Origin: Phycisphaeraceae bacterium
GTDB lineage: Bacteria; Planctomycetota; Phycisphaerae; Phycisphaerales; Zrk34
Direction: 5' to 3'
DNA length: 16,120 nucleotides
Assembly (NCBI GenBank): GCA_040905565.1
Contig: JBBDRF010000080.1
Coordinates: 1-16,120, forward strand
In this document: positions 1 to 8,168 of the stretch, in pieces
Position numbering within the stretch: the first letter of the stretch is position 1
Layout of the letters: the number at the start of each line of letters is the position of its first letter
Program-made: the position numbers and the translations under genes
Notes under the pieces: generated by a model
Database searches by the model: none
What the model was told of the DNA's origin: nothing
What the model saw: the letters and a program-made list of their open reading frames with translations, nothing else

Positions 1-800
1 GCTTCCGCTCGCCCACGCACAAGGTCCAGGGCACGCACGAAGAGTGCGACTGGAATCAGGCATACAAGCAGGTCAGCGAGAAGCTCCAGCAGATCGTCAA
101 GGACAAGGGCGCCCCCGGAAGTAGCTCGCTGGCCGTGATGGTCAGCCCGATGCTGCCGTGCGAAGAGGCGTATCTGCTGGGCAAGCTGGCGCTGGCGATC
201 GACCCGCAGGCGACGCTGGCCGTGGGCCCCGTGCCGGTCAAGGGTGAGGACAAGCACTTCCCCGGCGGCTACACCGTGCTGGCGGAAAAGGCCCCGAATG
301 CCCGCGGCGTGCGGCGGGCGCTGGGTCAGCTCAGCGATCAGGTGATCGAGTACGACGACCTGCTCAAGCAGCTCAAGGACGGCCAGTTCGCCGCGACGCT
401 GATCACGGGTAACTACCCCAGCAACTGGGCGACGCCGGAGTTCGTCGAGGCGCTGACCAGCGGTGATCGGTACAACGTGCTGATCGACACGCTGCCGAGC
501 GCGTTGGATGAGAAGGTGGACGTGATGCTGCCCGGTGCGACGTGGGCCGAGAAGGCCGGCACGTTTGAGAACCACAAGCATCGGCTGCAAAGCTTCAAGC
601 AGGCGATCCCCGTGATCGAGCTGGCCAAGAACGAGGGCCAGATCGCGCTGGATCTGCTCGCCGCGATCGGTGCGGCCGAGCGGCAGCGGTACGACGTCAA
701 GGAGCTTCGCCGGGAGATGGGCGACGCGTTCGTGACCGATGTGCACCACCCGCCGATCGCGCTGAAGCAGCTGAACGATATGCAGTATGTCGAGCTTTGA
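1..800 (+). CDS. nuoG: NADH-quinone oxidoreductase subunit G-like / molybdopterin oxidoreductase family, C-terminal part (5' end outside window)
   Basis: Frame is open from position 3 (FRSPTHKVQGTHEECDWNQAY...) to TGA at 798-800. Contains the 'EEAYLL' and 'DVMLPGATWAEKAGTFENHKHRLQ' motifs (DvvLP...aEk.GT..N...R.Q) typical of NuoG/molybdopterin oxidoreductases. Confidence 0.7.
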   Translation, partial: FRSPTHKVQGTHEECDWNQAYKQVSEKLQQIVKDKGAPGSSSLAVMVSPMLPCEEAYLLGKLALAIDPQATLAVGPVPVKGEDKHFPGGYTVLAEKAPNARGVRRALGQLSDQVIEYDDLLKQLKDGQFAATLITGNYPSNWATPEFVEALTSGDRYNVLIDTLPSALDEKVDVMLPGATWAEKAGTFENHKHRLQSFKQAIPVIELAKNEGQIALDLLAAIGAAERQRYDVKELRREMGDAFVTDVHHPPIALKQLNDMQYVEL

Positions 801-807
801 ATGGGCT

Positions 808-857
808 CGTGGCGCGTCGGCAAGTCGGGCATCGTTCGACTTGCGAATCAGGCCACG
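808..857. other. Bulged hairpin downstream of the nuoG-like stop (possible terminator or mRNA-stabilising stem)
   Basis: Inner stem GCAAGTCG (820-827)/CGACTTGC (837-844) and outer stem CGTGGC (808-813)/GCCACG (852-857); no U-tract. Confidence 0.35.
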
Positions 858-954
858 CTCGCCAAGCCGGAAACGGTCGATCGGCGCTCCTCGGCTCCCT
901 GACGTTGCGTAGGCTTGAAGCCACACCTTCCGTGTGACAGCCGGGAAGCGAACG

Positions 955-2283
955 ATGCCGGACCAGGGTCTCGACATCATTAACAAGCTGGCGACGCCGA
1001 TCACCGGGCAACCGGCGGATTACGATGCACTCCTCGAACGCGTCGGCGATGCACCGGTGGTATTGCTTGGCGAGGCAACGCATGGCACGCACGAATTTTA
1101 CCGGGCACGGGCACGCATCACGCAGCGGCTGATCACGGAGAAGGGCTTCACCGGCGTGGCGGTTGAAGCGGACTGGCCTGACGCCTATCGCGTGAACCGA
1201 TACGTGCGCGGCCCCGGCTCGGATGCGAACGCGGTCGAGGCGTTGGATGACTTCCGCCGATTCCCCACGTGGATGTGGCGGAACGCGGACGTGCTCGATT
1301 TCGTCGGCTGGCTTCGTGAATATAACGATGCCCAGCCCGAACCGAAGCGCGTCGGTTTTTATGGCCTCGACCTGTACAGCCTTTACCACTCGATCGAAGC
1401 GGTGGTCCGCTACCTCGAACAGGTCGACCCCGAAGCCGCCGAGCGGGCGCGCAGCCGATACGCCTGCTTCGATCATGGCACGGCCGACCCGCAGCGGTAC
1501 GGCTATGTCACCAGCCTCGGCATTCGGCCCGATTGCGAAAACGAAGCGCTGCAGCAGTTGCTCGAGCTGCGCCGACGTGCCGCCGACGATCTGCTTCGCG
1601 ATGGCATGGTGGCCCGGGACGAGCAGTTCTTCGCCGAGCAGAACGCTCGGCTGATCGCGAATGCGGAAGGCTACTACCGCGCCATGTTCGCCGGCCGAGT
1701 GAACACTTGGAACCTGCGCGACCAACACATGGACGAAACCCTGGCGGGCCTGGTGGAGCATTTGCGCCGGACGCGCGGGCGAGCCAAGATCGTCGTGTGG
1801 GCGCACAACTCGCACGTCGGCGATGCCCGTGCGACCGAAATGGCCGAGCAAGGCGAACTGAACCTCGGACAGCTTGCCCGGCAGCGCTTCGGCGACGAGG
1901 CGGTGCTGGTCGGGTTCACCACCTACCACGGCACGGTGTCGGCCGCTTCGGACTGGGACGGACCGGTGGAGCGCACGGCCGTCCGCCCCGCATTGCCAGG
2001 CAGTCATGAAGCGCTGTTTCACGAAACGGGGCAGGAGGCGTTCCTGTTGCGCATGGACCATCCAGAGGTGGTCGATCAACTGACGCAACCGCGTTTGCAG
2101 CGGATGATCGGCGTGATCTATCGCCCGGAAACCGAGCGTGGAAGTCATTACTTTCACTGCAAGCTGGCGGCGCAGTTTGATGTGCTGCTGCACTTCGACC
2201 ACACGCGTGCGGTGGAGCCGCTTGAGCGCACCCGCCAATGGGCGCAAGGCGACGGGCCGGAGACCTACCCGAGCGGGCTGTGA
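955..2283 (+). CDS. Erythromycin esterase family (Ere-like) hydrolase; resistance function not implied
   Basis: Motifs LLGEATHGTHEFY, VAVEADWPD, FYGLDLYS, WNLRD.HM, WAHNSHVGDARAT, RMIGVIYRPETERGSHYF and C-terminal PETYPSGL. ATG 955 has GGGAAG upstream; alternative GTG start at 934. Confidence 0.9.
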   Translation: MPDQGLDIINKLATPITGQPADYDALLERVGDAPVVLLGEATHGTHEFYRARARITQRLITEKGFTGVAVEADWPDAYRVNRYVRGPGSDANAVEALDDFRRFPTWMWRNADVLDFVGWLREYNDAQPEPKRVGFYGLDLYSLYHSIEAVVRYLEQVDPEAAERARSRYACFDHGTADPQRYGYVTSLGIRPDCENEALQQLLELRRRAADDLLRDGMVARDEQFFAEQNARLIANAEGYYRAMFAGRVNTWNLRDQHMDETLAGLVEHLRRTRGRAKIVVWAHNSHVGDARATEMAEQGELNLGQLARQRFGDEAVLVGFTTYHGTVSAASDWDGPVERTAVRPALPGSHEALFHETGQEAFLLRMDHPEVVDQLTQPRLQRMIGVIYRPETERGSHYFHCKLAAQFDVLLHFDHTRAVEPLERTRQWAQGDGPETYPSGL

Positions 2284-2294
2284 CCGGCGGGGGC

Positions 2295-2318
2295 ACGGGC
2301 CGATTCGCGATGGCCCGT
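2295..2318. terminator. Hairpin between the convergent ere-like and ku genes
   Basis: ACGGGCC (2295-2301)/GGCCCGT (2312-2318) stem; no clear U-tract. Confidence 0.3.
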
Positions 2319-2329
2319 TCGTCAAGCGC

Positions 2330-3172
2330 TCAAGCCGATTGGCGGGCTCGCTTTTTGGTCTTCTTTGATTTGCTGCTCGTTTTCTTCTTGCCGTTCCGCT
2401 GTTGGACGGACTTTTTGAGCGCTTCCATGAGGTCGAACGTGGGCGGGATATCCTCCTCGGTCTCCTCTGCGACTTCCTTGACGCCTCCGCCTTCTGCCTT
2501 GGATTCGATCAGCTGCCGAACCTGCTGCTGGTAGTCGTCTTCGTACGCTGTGGGATCGAATTCGCCGCTCATCGATTCGATCAACTGCTCGGCCGCCTCG
2601 ACTTCCTTCTTCGTCGTCTTGATGCCGCTGGGCAGCTCGTCTGCGATTTCGTCGAAGCCCTGCACCTCGTCAGCGTAGTGCATGGTGTGCATGACCATCG
2701 CGTCGTCGGTGACCTGGATGGCGACGAGATATTGCTTCTGGCGCATCACCATCTGGGCAATGGCGAGCGAGCCCGCTTTGGTCATCGCATCGACCAGCAG
2801 TTTGTAGGCCTTGCCGCCACCTTCGGCCGGTATGAGGTAGTAGCTGCGGTCGAAATAGATCGGGTCGATGGTTTCAAGCTGAACGAAATCGGAAATATCG
2901 ATTGTCCGCCCACCTTCGGGCTTGAGTTGATCGAGTTCTTCATCCTTGAGAATGACGTACTGCGACGGCGCGACCTCGTAGCCGCGGGCGGTGTCGTTGA
3001 AGTCAAATTCTTCGCCCGTGTCGGGGCAGTAGAGCTTGCGTCGAAGGCGGCATGAGCCGTCCTTGCTGAGCATGTGCAGATGGATGCTGTGATCGCGGAC
3101 GGCGGTGACCACTTTCACGGGGATATTCACCATGCCGAAGCTGATGGAACCGGACCAGATGGAACGTGGCAT
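2330..3172 (-). CDS. ku: Ku protein (NHEJ DNA end-binding protein)
   Basis: N-terminal RSIWSGSISFGMVNIPVK, IDPIYFDRSYYL, DLMEALKKS and a Lys/Arg-rich C-terminal tail; SD AAGGAG; directly downstream of ligD on the same strand. Confidence 0.96.
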   Translation of the reverse strand: MPRSIWSGSISFGMVNIPVKVVTAVRDHSIHLHMLSKDGSCRLRRKLYCPDTGEEFDFNDTARGYEVAPSQYVILKDEELDQLKPEGGRTIDISDFVQLETIDPIYFDRSYYLIPAEGGGKAYKLLVDAMTKAGSLAIAQMVMRQKQYLVAIQVTDDAMVMHTMHYADEVQGFDEIADELPSGIKTTKKEVEAAEQLIESMSGEFDPTAYEDDYQQQVRQLIESKAEGGGVKEVAEETEEDIPPTFDLMEALKKSVQQRNGKKKTSSKSKKTKKRARQSA

Positions 3173-3199
3173 TGATTGCTCCTTGTCGAAGCGGGCGGA

Positions 3200-5806
3200 C
3201 TAGTCGGCCGTGATCCCCAGCAAGTCGAGCACTTTGCGGCTGACGGTCTGGTTAAGGTCGTAAAAACCAGCCCAGGGATCATCATTCAGCTGCGTTAAAC
3301 GCTGGGGCACGTTGGCGATGGTGTAGTGACTGGCGGACTCGAGGCCCGCCAGTTCGTCCCAGCGAAGCGGGGTGGCCACCGGGGCGCCCGTGCGCGCACG
3401 GGTGGAGTAGGAGGCCACGGCGGTCGCCCCCCGGCTGTTGCGCAGGTAGTCGACGAAGACACGGCCCTGGCGTTTGGCCTTGGTCATCACCGCGACGTAT
3501 TGTTTCGGATTTCCGGAAGCAATGGCCGAGGCGATGGCGTGGGTCAGTTGTTTGGCACTGTCCCAACTGAGCGTGCGCCGGATCGGTGCGATCACGTGCA
3601 GCCCCTTGCCGCCGGTGGTCTGGACGAAGCTTTGCAGGTCGATCTGCTCGAGCGAATCCCGGACGAGCACTGCCGCCTCGATGACCTGTTCCCACGAGAC
3701 GTCCGGCCCCGGATCGAGGTCGAACACCAGCCGATCAGGCCGATCGAGCCGATCGCTTCGGCTTGACCAGGGGTGAATCTCCAGCACGCCGATCTGCACC
3801 AGGGCGATCAGGCCCGGCAGGTCGTTGATGGCCAGGTAAGGCTCAGCCTTTTCGCCCGCTTCGGCCACGTCGATCTGCCGGACGGGCTCGGGCAGCCCCT
3901 CGCTGACGTGCTTCTGATAAAAGCATTTGGCGGAGCGACCCCTCGGGCATCGCACGACCGACAGCGGCCGATCAGCGGTGTACCGCAGCAGCGGCTCGGC
4001 GACGGCCTGGTAATAGGCGGCGAGGTCGGCCTTGGTCGCTCCCTGTTCAGGGTAGAGCACCCGATCGGCGTTGCTCAGCGACACGCCGGCCACTTCGACC
4101 GTGGCTTGGCCGTTGCGTCGCGTTGGTGCCAAGGTGTTCATCGTCACAGGCTCGCCTTTCCTGCCCGCCTCCCTAGTTACGGTGGTTCGAGGGGTTTCGG
4201 TTTCGCGGTGCACCTCGGCCGCCGGCTTGTCTTCGCGCAGCCCCTCAAACACCGCATGACGCAGCATGCCGTCGTCGGTCCAGCCTGCAAATGCCACCTC
4301 CGCCACAAGTTGCGGCTTGACCCAGTGGGCCTCGCGTTTCTCCCGCGCGGGCGGGTCGCTTACTGGCGGCGTCTTGCGCGCGATCCCGCCGAGTTGGCTG
4401 CTGATGGTCTTGAGCGATGGCTCGTTGAACCCCGTGCCCACGCGGCCGCAGTAGCGAAGCGCCCCGTCGGGTTCGTGATAGCCCAGCAGCAGCGAGCCAA
4501 ACCCGCGGCGCGAGCCCGACGGGTCGGTCCACCCGATGACGACGAACTCCTGTCGCTTGTCGCATTTGGTTTTGGTCCACGTGCGAGATCGGCCGGAGGT
4601 GTAGGTTGCGTCGGCGCGTTTGCTGATAACCCCTTCCAGGCCGAAGTCGCAGGCGTGTTGGAAAAACGGTCCGCCGCTGCCCGGCTGATGATCGACGTAT
4701 CGGACAATCGCGTGTGTGTTGCCGAAGCCGCCTTCGATCAGTTGGCGGAGCAGTTGTTTACGCTCGATCAATCGACAGGTCCGCAGGTCGTGACCGTTGA
4801 CGTAGAGCAGATCGAACGCGAAAAACGTCAGGGGCGTGCGACGCTGCCGCAGGGCGTTTTGTAACTGTTGAAAGCTGGTCGTGCCGTCCGGCTGAAGGGC
4901 GACGATCTCGCCATCCACAATGGCATCGTGTGCGGGCAGATGACGCATCGCTTGAGCGACGGCGGAAAAGCGGTTGGTCCAGTCCTGATCATTGCGCGTC
5001 ATGACGCGCGAACCCCCATCGGCGAGATAGACGACCGCCCGGTAGCCGTCGAGCTTGATTTCATGCACCCATTGTTCGTTGGACGGCGCTGCGTCGACGA
5101 GCGTCGCGAGTTGCGGCGGGATGCGATCAGGCATCTTCGCCAAGACCGCCTTCGGTGGGAGGTCGAGGTCGAGCGGCTCGCTCGCGTCGACGCTTGCCGG
5201 CGCAGCGCCATCGGCGATCTGCGCAAGCGATCGGCCGGTCTTCACGCTCAGCATTTCGTCTTCCGTGATGTCCGGCTCATCGTCGCCGCGGGCGTGTTCG
5301 TCATCGTCTTTGATCAGCAGCCAGTTCTTTCCGCCGTCGCTGCGTTCGCCTCTCATTTTGACCAGCGCGAACCGACCCTGCAGTTTCTCGCCTTGCAACA
5401 CGAACTTCATCCGACCGGCTTTGTACATCTTCGTCAGATCATCGCCGCCGACGGGTTCGTACGCGCCGCGATCCCAGACCATCACCGTGCCGCCGCCGTA
5501 TTCGTGCTGGGGGATCGTGCCTTCGAAGTCGGCGTAGTCGAGCGGGTGATCTTCGACGTGAATCGCCAGTGCTTTGCGGCTGGGATGCATCGGCGGGCCT
5601 TTGGGCACGGCCCAACTCAGCAGCACGCCCGCGTGTTCGAGCCGGAGGTCGTAGTGCAATCGCGACGCGTCATGTTTCTGAACGACCCACCGCCGACCGG
5701 CGGGGCCCCAAGTGAGGTCGGCCTGCTTCGCGTCGCCCGTTGCCACGCCCGGTTCCGGCGTGATCGATGCATGACGTTTTTTTCTGTAAGTCGACAACTT
5801 CGCCAT
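3200..5806 (-). CDS. ligD: DNA ligase D (phosphoesterase-ligase-polymerase order)
   Basis: PE domain VVQKHDASRLHYDLRLE...SWAVPKGP...GTVMVWDRG; ATP-ligase motifs EIKLDGYR, DGEIV, FDLL, EGVISKR, WTKTK; POL domain FDLDP, GGKGLH, FVDYLRN. Confidence 0.97.
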   Translation of the reverse strand: MAKLSTYRKKRHASITPEPGVATGDAKQADLTWGPAGRRWVVQKHDASRLHYDLRLEHAGVLLSWAVPKGPPMHPSRKALAIHVEDHPLDYADFEGTIPQHEYGGGTVMVWDRGAYEPVGGDDLTKMYKAGRMKFVLQGEKLQGRFALVKMRGERSDGGKNWLLIKDDDEHARGDDEPDITEDEMLSVKTGRSLAQIADGAAPASVDASEPLDLDLPPKAVLAKMPDRIPPQLATLVDAAPSNEQWVHEIKLDGYRAVVYLADGGSRVMTRNDQDWTNRFSAVAQAMRHLPAHDAIVDGEIVALQPDGTTSFQQLQNALRQRRTPLTFFAFDLLYVNGHDLRTCRLIERKQLLRQLIEGGFGNTHAIVRYVDHQPGSGGPFFQHACDFGLEGVISKRADATYTSGRSRTWTKTKCDKRQEFVVIGWTDPSGSRRGFGSLLLGYHEPDGALRYCGRVGTGFNEPSLKTISSQLGGIARKTPPVSDPPAREKREAHWVKPQLVAEVAFAGWTDDGMLRHAVFEGLREDKPAAEVHRETETPRTTVTREAGRKGEPVTMNTLAPTRRNGQATVEVAGVSLSNADRVLYPEQGATKADLAAYYQAVAEPLLRYTADRPLSVVRCPRGRSAKCFYQKHVSEGLPEPVRQIDVAEAGEKAEPYLAINDLPGLIALVQIGVLEIHPWSSRSDRLDRPDRLVFDLDPGPDVSWEQVIEAAVLVRDSLEQIDLQSFVQTTGGKGLHVIAPIRRTLSWDSAKQLTHAIASAIASGNPKQYVAVMTKAKRQGRVFVDYLRNSRGATAVASYSTRARTGAPVATPLRWDELAGLESASHYTIANVPQRLTQLNDDPWAGFYDLNQTVSRKVLDLLGITAD

Positions 5807-5811
5807 AGAAG

Positions 5812-5817
5812 ATCCTA
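5812..5817 (-). promoter_or_regulatory. Putative -10 element (TAGGAT) 5 nt upstream of the ligD ATG; possible leaderless transcript
   Basis: Minus strand reads GGC-TAGGAT-CTTCT-ATG; no SD present. Confidence 0.35.
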
Positions 5818-5946
5818 GCCATCGAAGGAAAACGAGGGGAATGACGGCGGTAGAGGTCGGCAGGAACGCAACTTAAAGATGCGGGCGATTGTGATGTTGA
5901 AGTGGCGGCATCGACGTGCCTACGCTTGACGACAGGAGGTGTTGCA

Positions 5947-6813
5947 ATGTCCCGCGCATTTATGATTGATCGGAAGGCTCGCAACGCATCGCAGCCGAAG
6001 CCGCGCAAGGTGTTCGTGACCGGCGCGGCGGGCAGGATCGGCGCGTACTTCGCCGAGCACGCGGCGGAGCAACATGAGTTGACATTGCTGGACCTGCCCG
6101 ATGCGGACATGTCCCACGTGGAGCAGTTCGGCAAGGTGGTGCGCGCGGACCTGGCGGATCTGGACAAGCTCAAGCAGGCGATGGCGGGGGCGGACACCGT
6201 GCTGCACCTGGCTGCGGGGCCGAGCCCGTCGGTGACGTGGGACACGGTGATTCAGACCAACATCACGGGGACGTACAACGTGTTCGTTGCCGCCCGGGCC
6301 GCGGGCTGTCGGCGGGTGGTGTTCGCATCGTCGATTCATGCCGTGTCGGCCTACCCGGTGGGCGTCCAAATCAAGCCCGACGACCCGGTCAACCCCGGCG
6401 ACCTGTACGGCGTGTCCAAGTGCTTCGGCGAAGCGATGGGGCGATACATGGCCACGCAACAGGACCTGTCCGTCATCGCGATCCGCATCGGCGCCTTCCA
6501 GCCGATCGAAGCCGCCCGCGACCCCGACAAGATCGGCATGATGAATACGTTCGTCTCGTGGCGCGACCTGAATCAACTGATCCACCGCTGCATTGACGAC
6601 GAGTCGATTCGCTATGCCATCGTCCACGGCCTGTCGAACAACGTGTTCAACCAGATGGACATCTCCGAAACCCGCGACATGCTCGGCTACGAGCCCGAAG
6701 ACGACTTCAGCGAAGAAAACCCCAGCCTCCGCAAGCTGCACCTGCGCGATCAGGTTCGGTCTCACAGCGAGCGCGGCCACGATCAGGCCCCGGGCATCCG
6801 CAAAGAGTTGTAG
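5947..6813 (+). CDS. NAD-dependent epimerase/dehydratase (extended SDR, uronate-dehydrogenase-like)
   Basis: Rossmann motif VFVTGAAGRIG, HLAA, NITGTYNV, FASS and catalytic YGVSK; SD AGGAGG upstream of ATG 5947. Confidence 0.88.
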   Translation: MSRAFMIDRKARNASQPKPRKVFVTGAAGRIGAYFAEHAAEQHELTLLDLPDADMSHVEQFGKVVRADLADLDKLKQAMAGADTVLHLAAGPSPSVTWDTVIQTNITGTYNVFVAARAAGCRRVVFASSIHAVSAYPVGVQIKPDDPVNPGDLYGVSKCFGEAMGRYMATQQDLSVIAIRIGAFQPIEAARDPDKIGMMNTFVSWRDLNQLIHRCIDDESIRYAIVHGLSNNVFNQMDISETRDMLGYEPEDDFSEENPSLRKLHLRDQVRSHSERGHDQAPGIRKEL

Positions 6814-6833
6814 CGGTCGCGCGGCAGTTGCCG

Positions 6834-8027
6834 TCACTCGGAGCGCGTGAGTTCCGCCACCAGTTCCAGGACGCCGACGCCGCTGCGCACGTGCTCGAGC
6901 CGACGCTGAACCGCGGCATCCTTCAACGGCAGAGGCAACTGCCAGCCTTCCTCCAACACGCCGCGCTCGCGCAGGTCCTGCACCATCGGCAACTGCGCCA
7001 GACCGAATCGCCCCAGGTACAACACCTCCAGTTCACCGCCGTGGGTCAGATGCGCCAGCAGATCGCAGAAGCCTTGCAGATAGATGATGTCTTTGGTCAG
7101 CCCGCCGCCGCGGTAAACGCGCATCGTGGTGCGGAAGGCGGTGTGACCCTCGACGTCCAGTTCGTTGTGAAGTCGATGAAACGTGCGGGTAAACGCCTCG
7201 CCGCGAAGCATCATCGCCACGGCCACGACACGCGTGGCGAACACCCGCCAGCGCTCCGCGTTCATGCCGCCGACCAGGTATTCGATCAACACCGCCAGCC
7301 CCTCCTGCAACTGCTCGTGGCCGGCGAATCCGGTGCAGAACTGCCGCAACGGCTGCATACGGCCGTTGAAATAGGTCAGCAGGTGCGTGCTGATTTCATG
7401 ATGCACCAGCGCCTCGAGCCGGTCAGCCCGGGTCATCAGGTGCTTGTCGATCAGAAGCTTGCCATGCGAGGTGATCAGCGTCGATACATCATCGCGCACT
7501 TCCACCGTGCCCTGATAATGGTCAGACGCTTCGCTGTACACCGCGCCGACTTCGCGTGCTCGCTCGGCAAAGGCCTCCGCGGGAATCGCGCCTTCGCCGG
7601 GGTGGGGGCGGTCAGGGGGCAGCCGTTGCAGAATCGCCTCCGCCAGTTTAAGGAGCGCCTCGTCCGGCCGACCGTACAACTGCTCGCTCTCCAACACGAA
7701 CCGCGGCGTATTGCGATACAGCAGCAGATTCAACTGCATGTCCAACTCGGCCTGCTGCGTGCGGAACATCGCCGCCAGCGCGGGATCGCGCACCTGCTCC
7801 ACCGGCGCGGCGAACAACTGTCGCTTGAGCACCGGCGGATCAGCCGAAAGCGGCCGATACTTCAGTGCCGGCGCGACCTCGAACCGCGACGCCTGAAAGG
7901 CCTGCCATGCGGCATGCTCGTTGGTCGGCGTCACGTCCATCAATGCCTCAAAGGCCTCGGCGACGTTCGCCAGTTGCTCATCGCATGCCGCCACGACTGG
8001 ATCAAGTTTCGCCTTCGCCTGTGTCAT
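6834..8027 (-). CDS. QEGLA-motif / DUF1704 (MATCAP-related) gluzincin-type metallopeptidase
   Basis: HHEISTH (HExxxH), NG..QP, QEGLA and RVYRGGGLTKDIIYLQG; SD GGGAG. Confidence 0.85.
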   Translation of the reverse strand: MTQAKAKLDPVVAACDEQLANVAEAFEALMDVTPTNEHAAWQAFQASRFEVAPALKYRPLSADPPVLKRQLFAAPVEQVRDPALAAMFRTQQAELDMQLNLLLYRNTPRFVLESEQLYGRPDEALLKLAEAILQRLPPDRPHPGEGAIPAEAFAERAREVGAVYSEASDHYQGTVEVRDDVSTLITSHGKLLIDKHLMTRADRLEALVHHEISTHLLTYFNGRMQPLRQFCTGFAGHEQLQEGLAVLIEYLVGGMNAERWRVFATRVVAVAMMLRGEAFTRTFHRLHNELDVEGHTAFRTTMRVYRGGGLTKDIIYLQGFCDLLAHLTHGGELEVLYLGRFGLAQLPMVQDLRERGVLEEGWQLPLPLKDAAVQRRLEHVRSGVGVLELVAELTRSE

Positions 8028-8048
8028 CCGTGAACTCCCTGTTGGCGT

Positions 8049-8147
8049 GTCAAAGTCGACATGCCCTATTTTAACGCTTCGCTCATGGGTTTACGCACCC
8101 GCTGCGGCGCGCCTACCCTTATGCTGGGGCCGGGGGATGACTTTGAC
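8049..8147. promoter_or_regulatory. Inverted GACTTTGAC boxes in the divergent intergenic region
   Basis: GTCAAAGTC at 8049-8057 and GACTTTGAC at 8139-8147; each box ends 21 nt before its gene's ATG (8027 minus, 8169 plus). Confidence 0.45.
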
Positions 8148-8168
8148 GCCGTTCTGCCAGGAGCCTGC

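Noticed and set aside
955..2283. Macrolide resistance gene (ereA/ereB)
   Set aside because: Motifs fit the broad chromosomal Ere-like family, for which resistance cannot be assumed; no resistance-cassette context.
697..2325. 542-aa minus-strand ORF
   Set aside because: Antisense shadow of the ere-like gene; no recognisable motifs; such ORFs are expected in high-GC DNA.
3188..3200. 13-nt match (minus strand GTCCGCCCGCTTC) to the left half of the internal REP, between ligD and ku
   Set aside because: Half-site only with no hairpin; a GC-rich 13-mer match is plausible by chance.
3773..5818. Plus-strand ORFs of 363 and 316 aa
   Set aside because: Antisense to ligD, which has complete catalytic motifs.
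6828..8033. 401-aa plus-strand ORF
   Set aside because: Antisense shadow of the QEGLA peptidase.
8061..8168. 36-aa N-terminal extension (possible propeptide) of the proteasome-like protein
   Set aside because: An SD precedes ATG 8169 and Met removal exposes Thr1 directly; the extension overlaps the divergent promoter region and has no Gly-Thr autocleavage junction.
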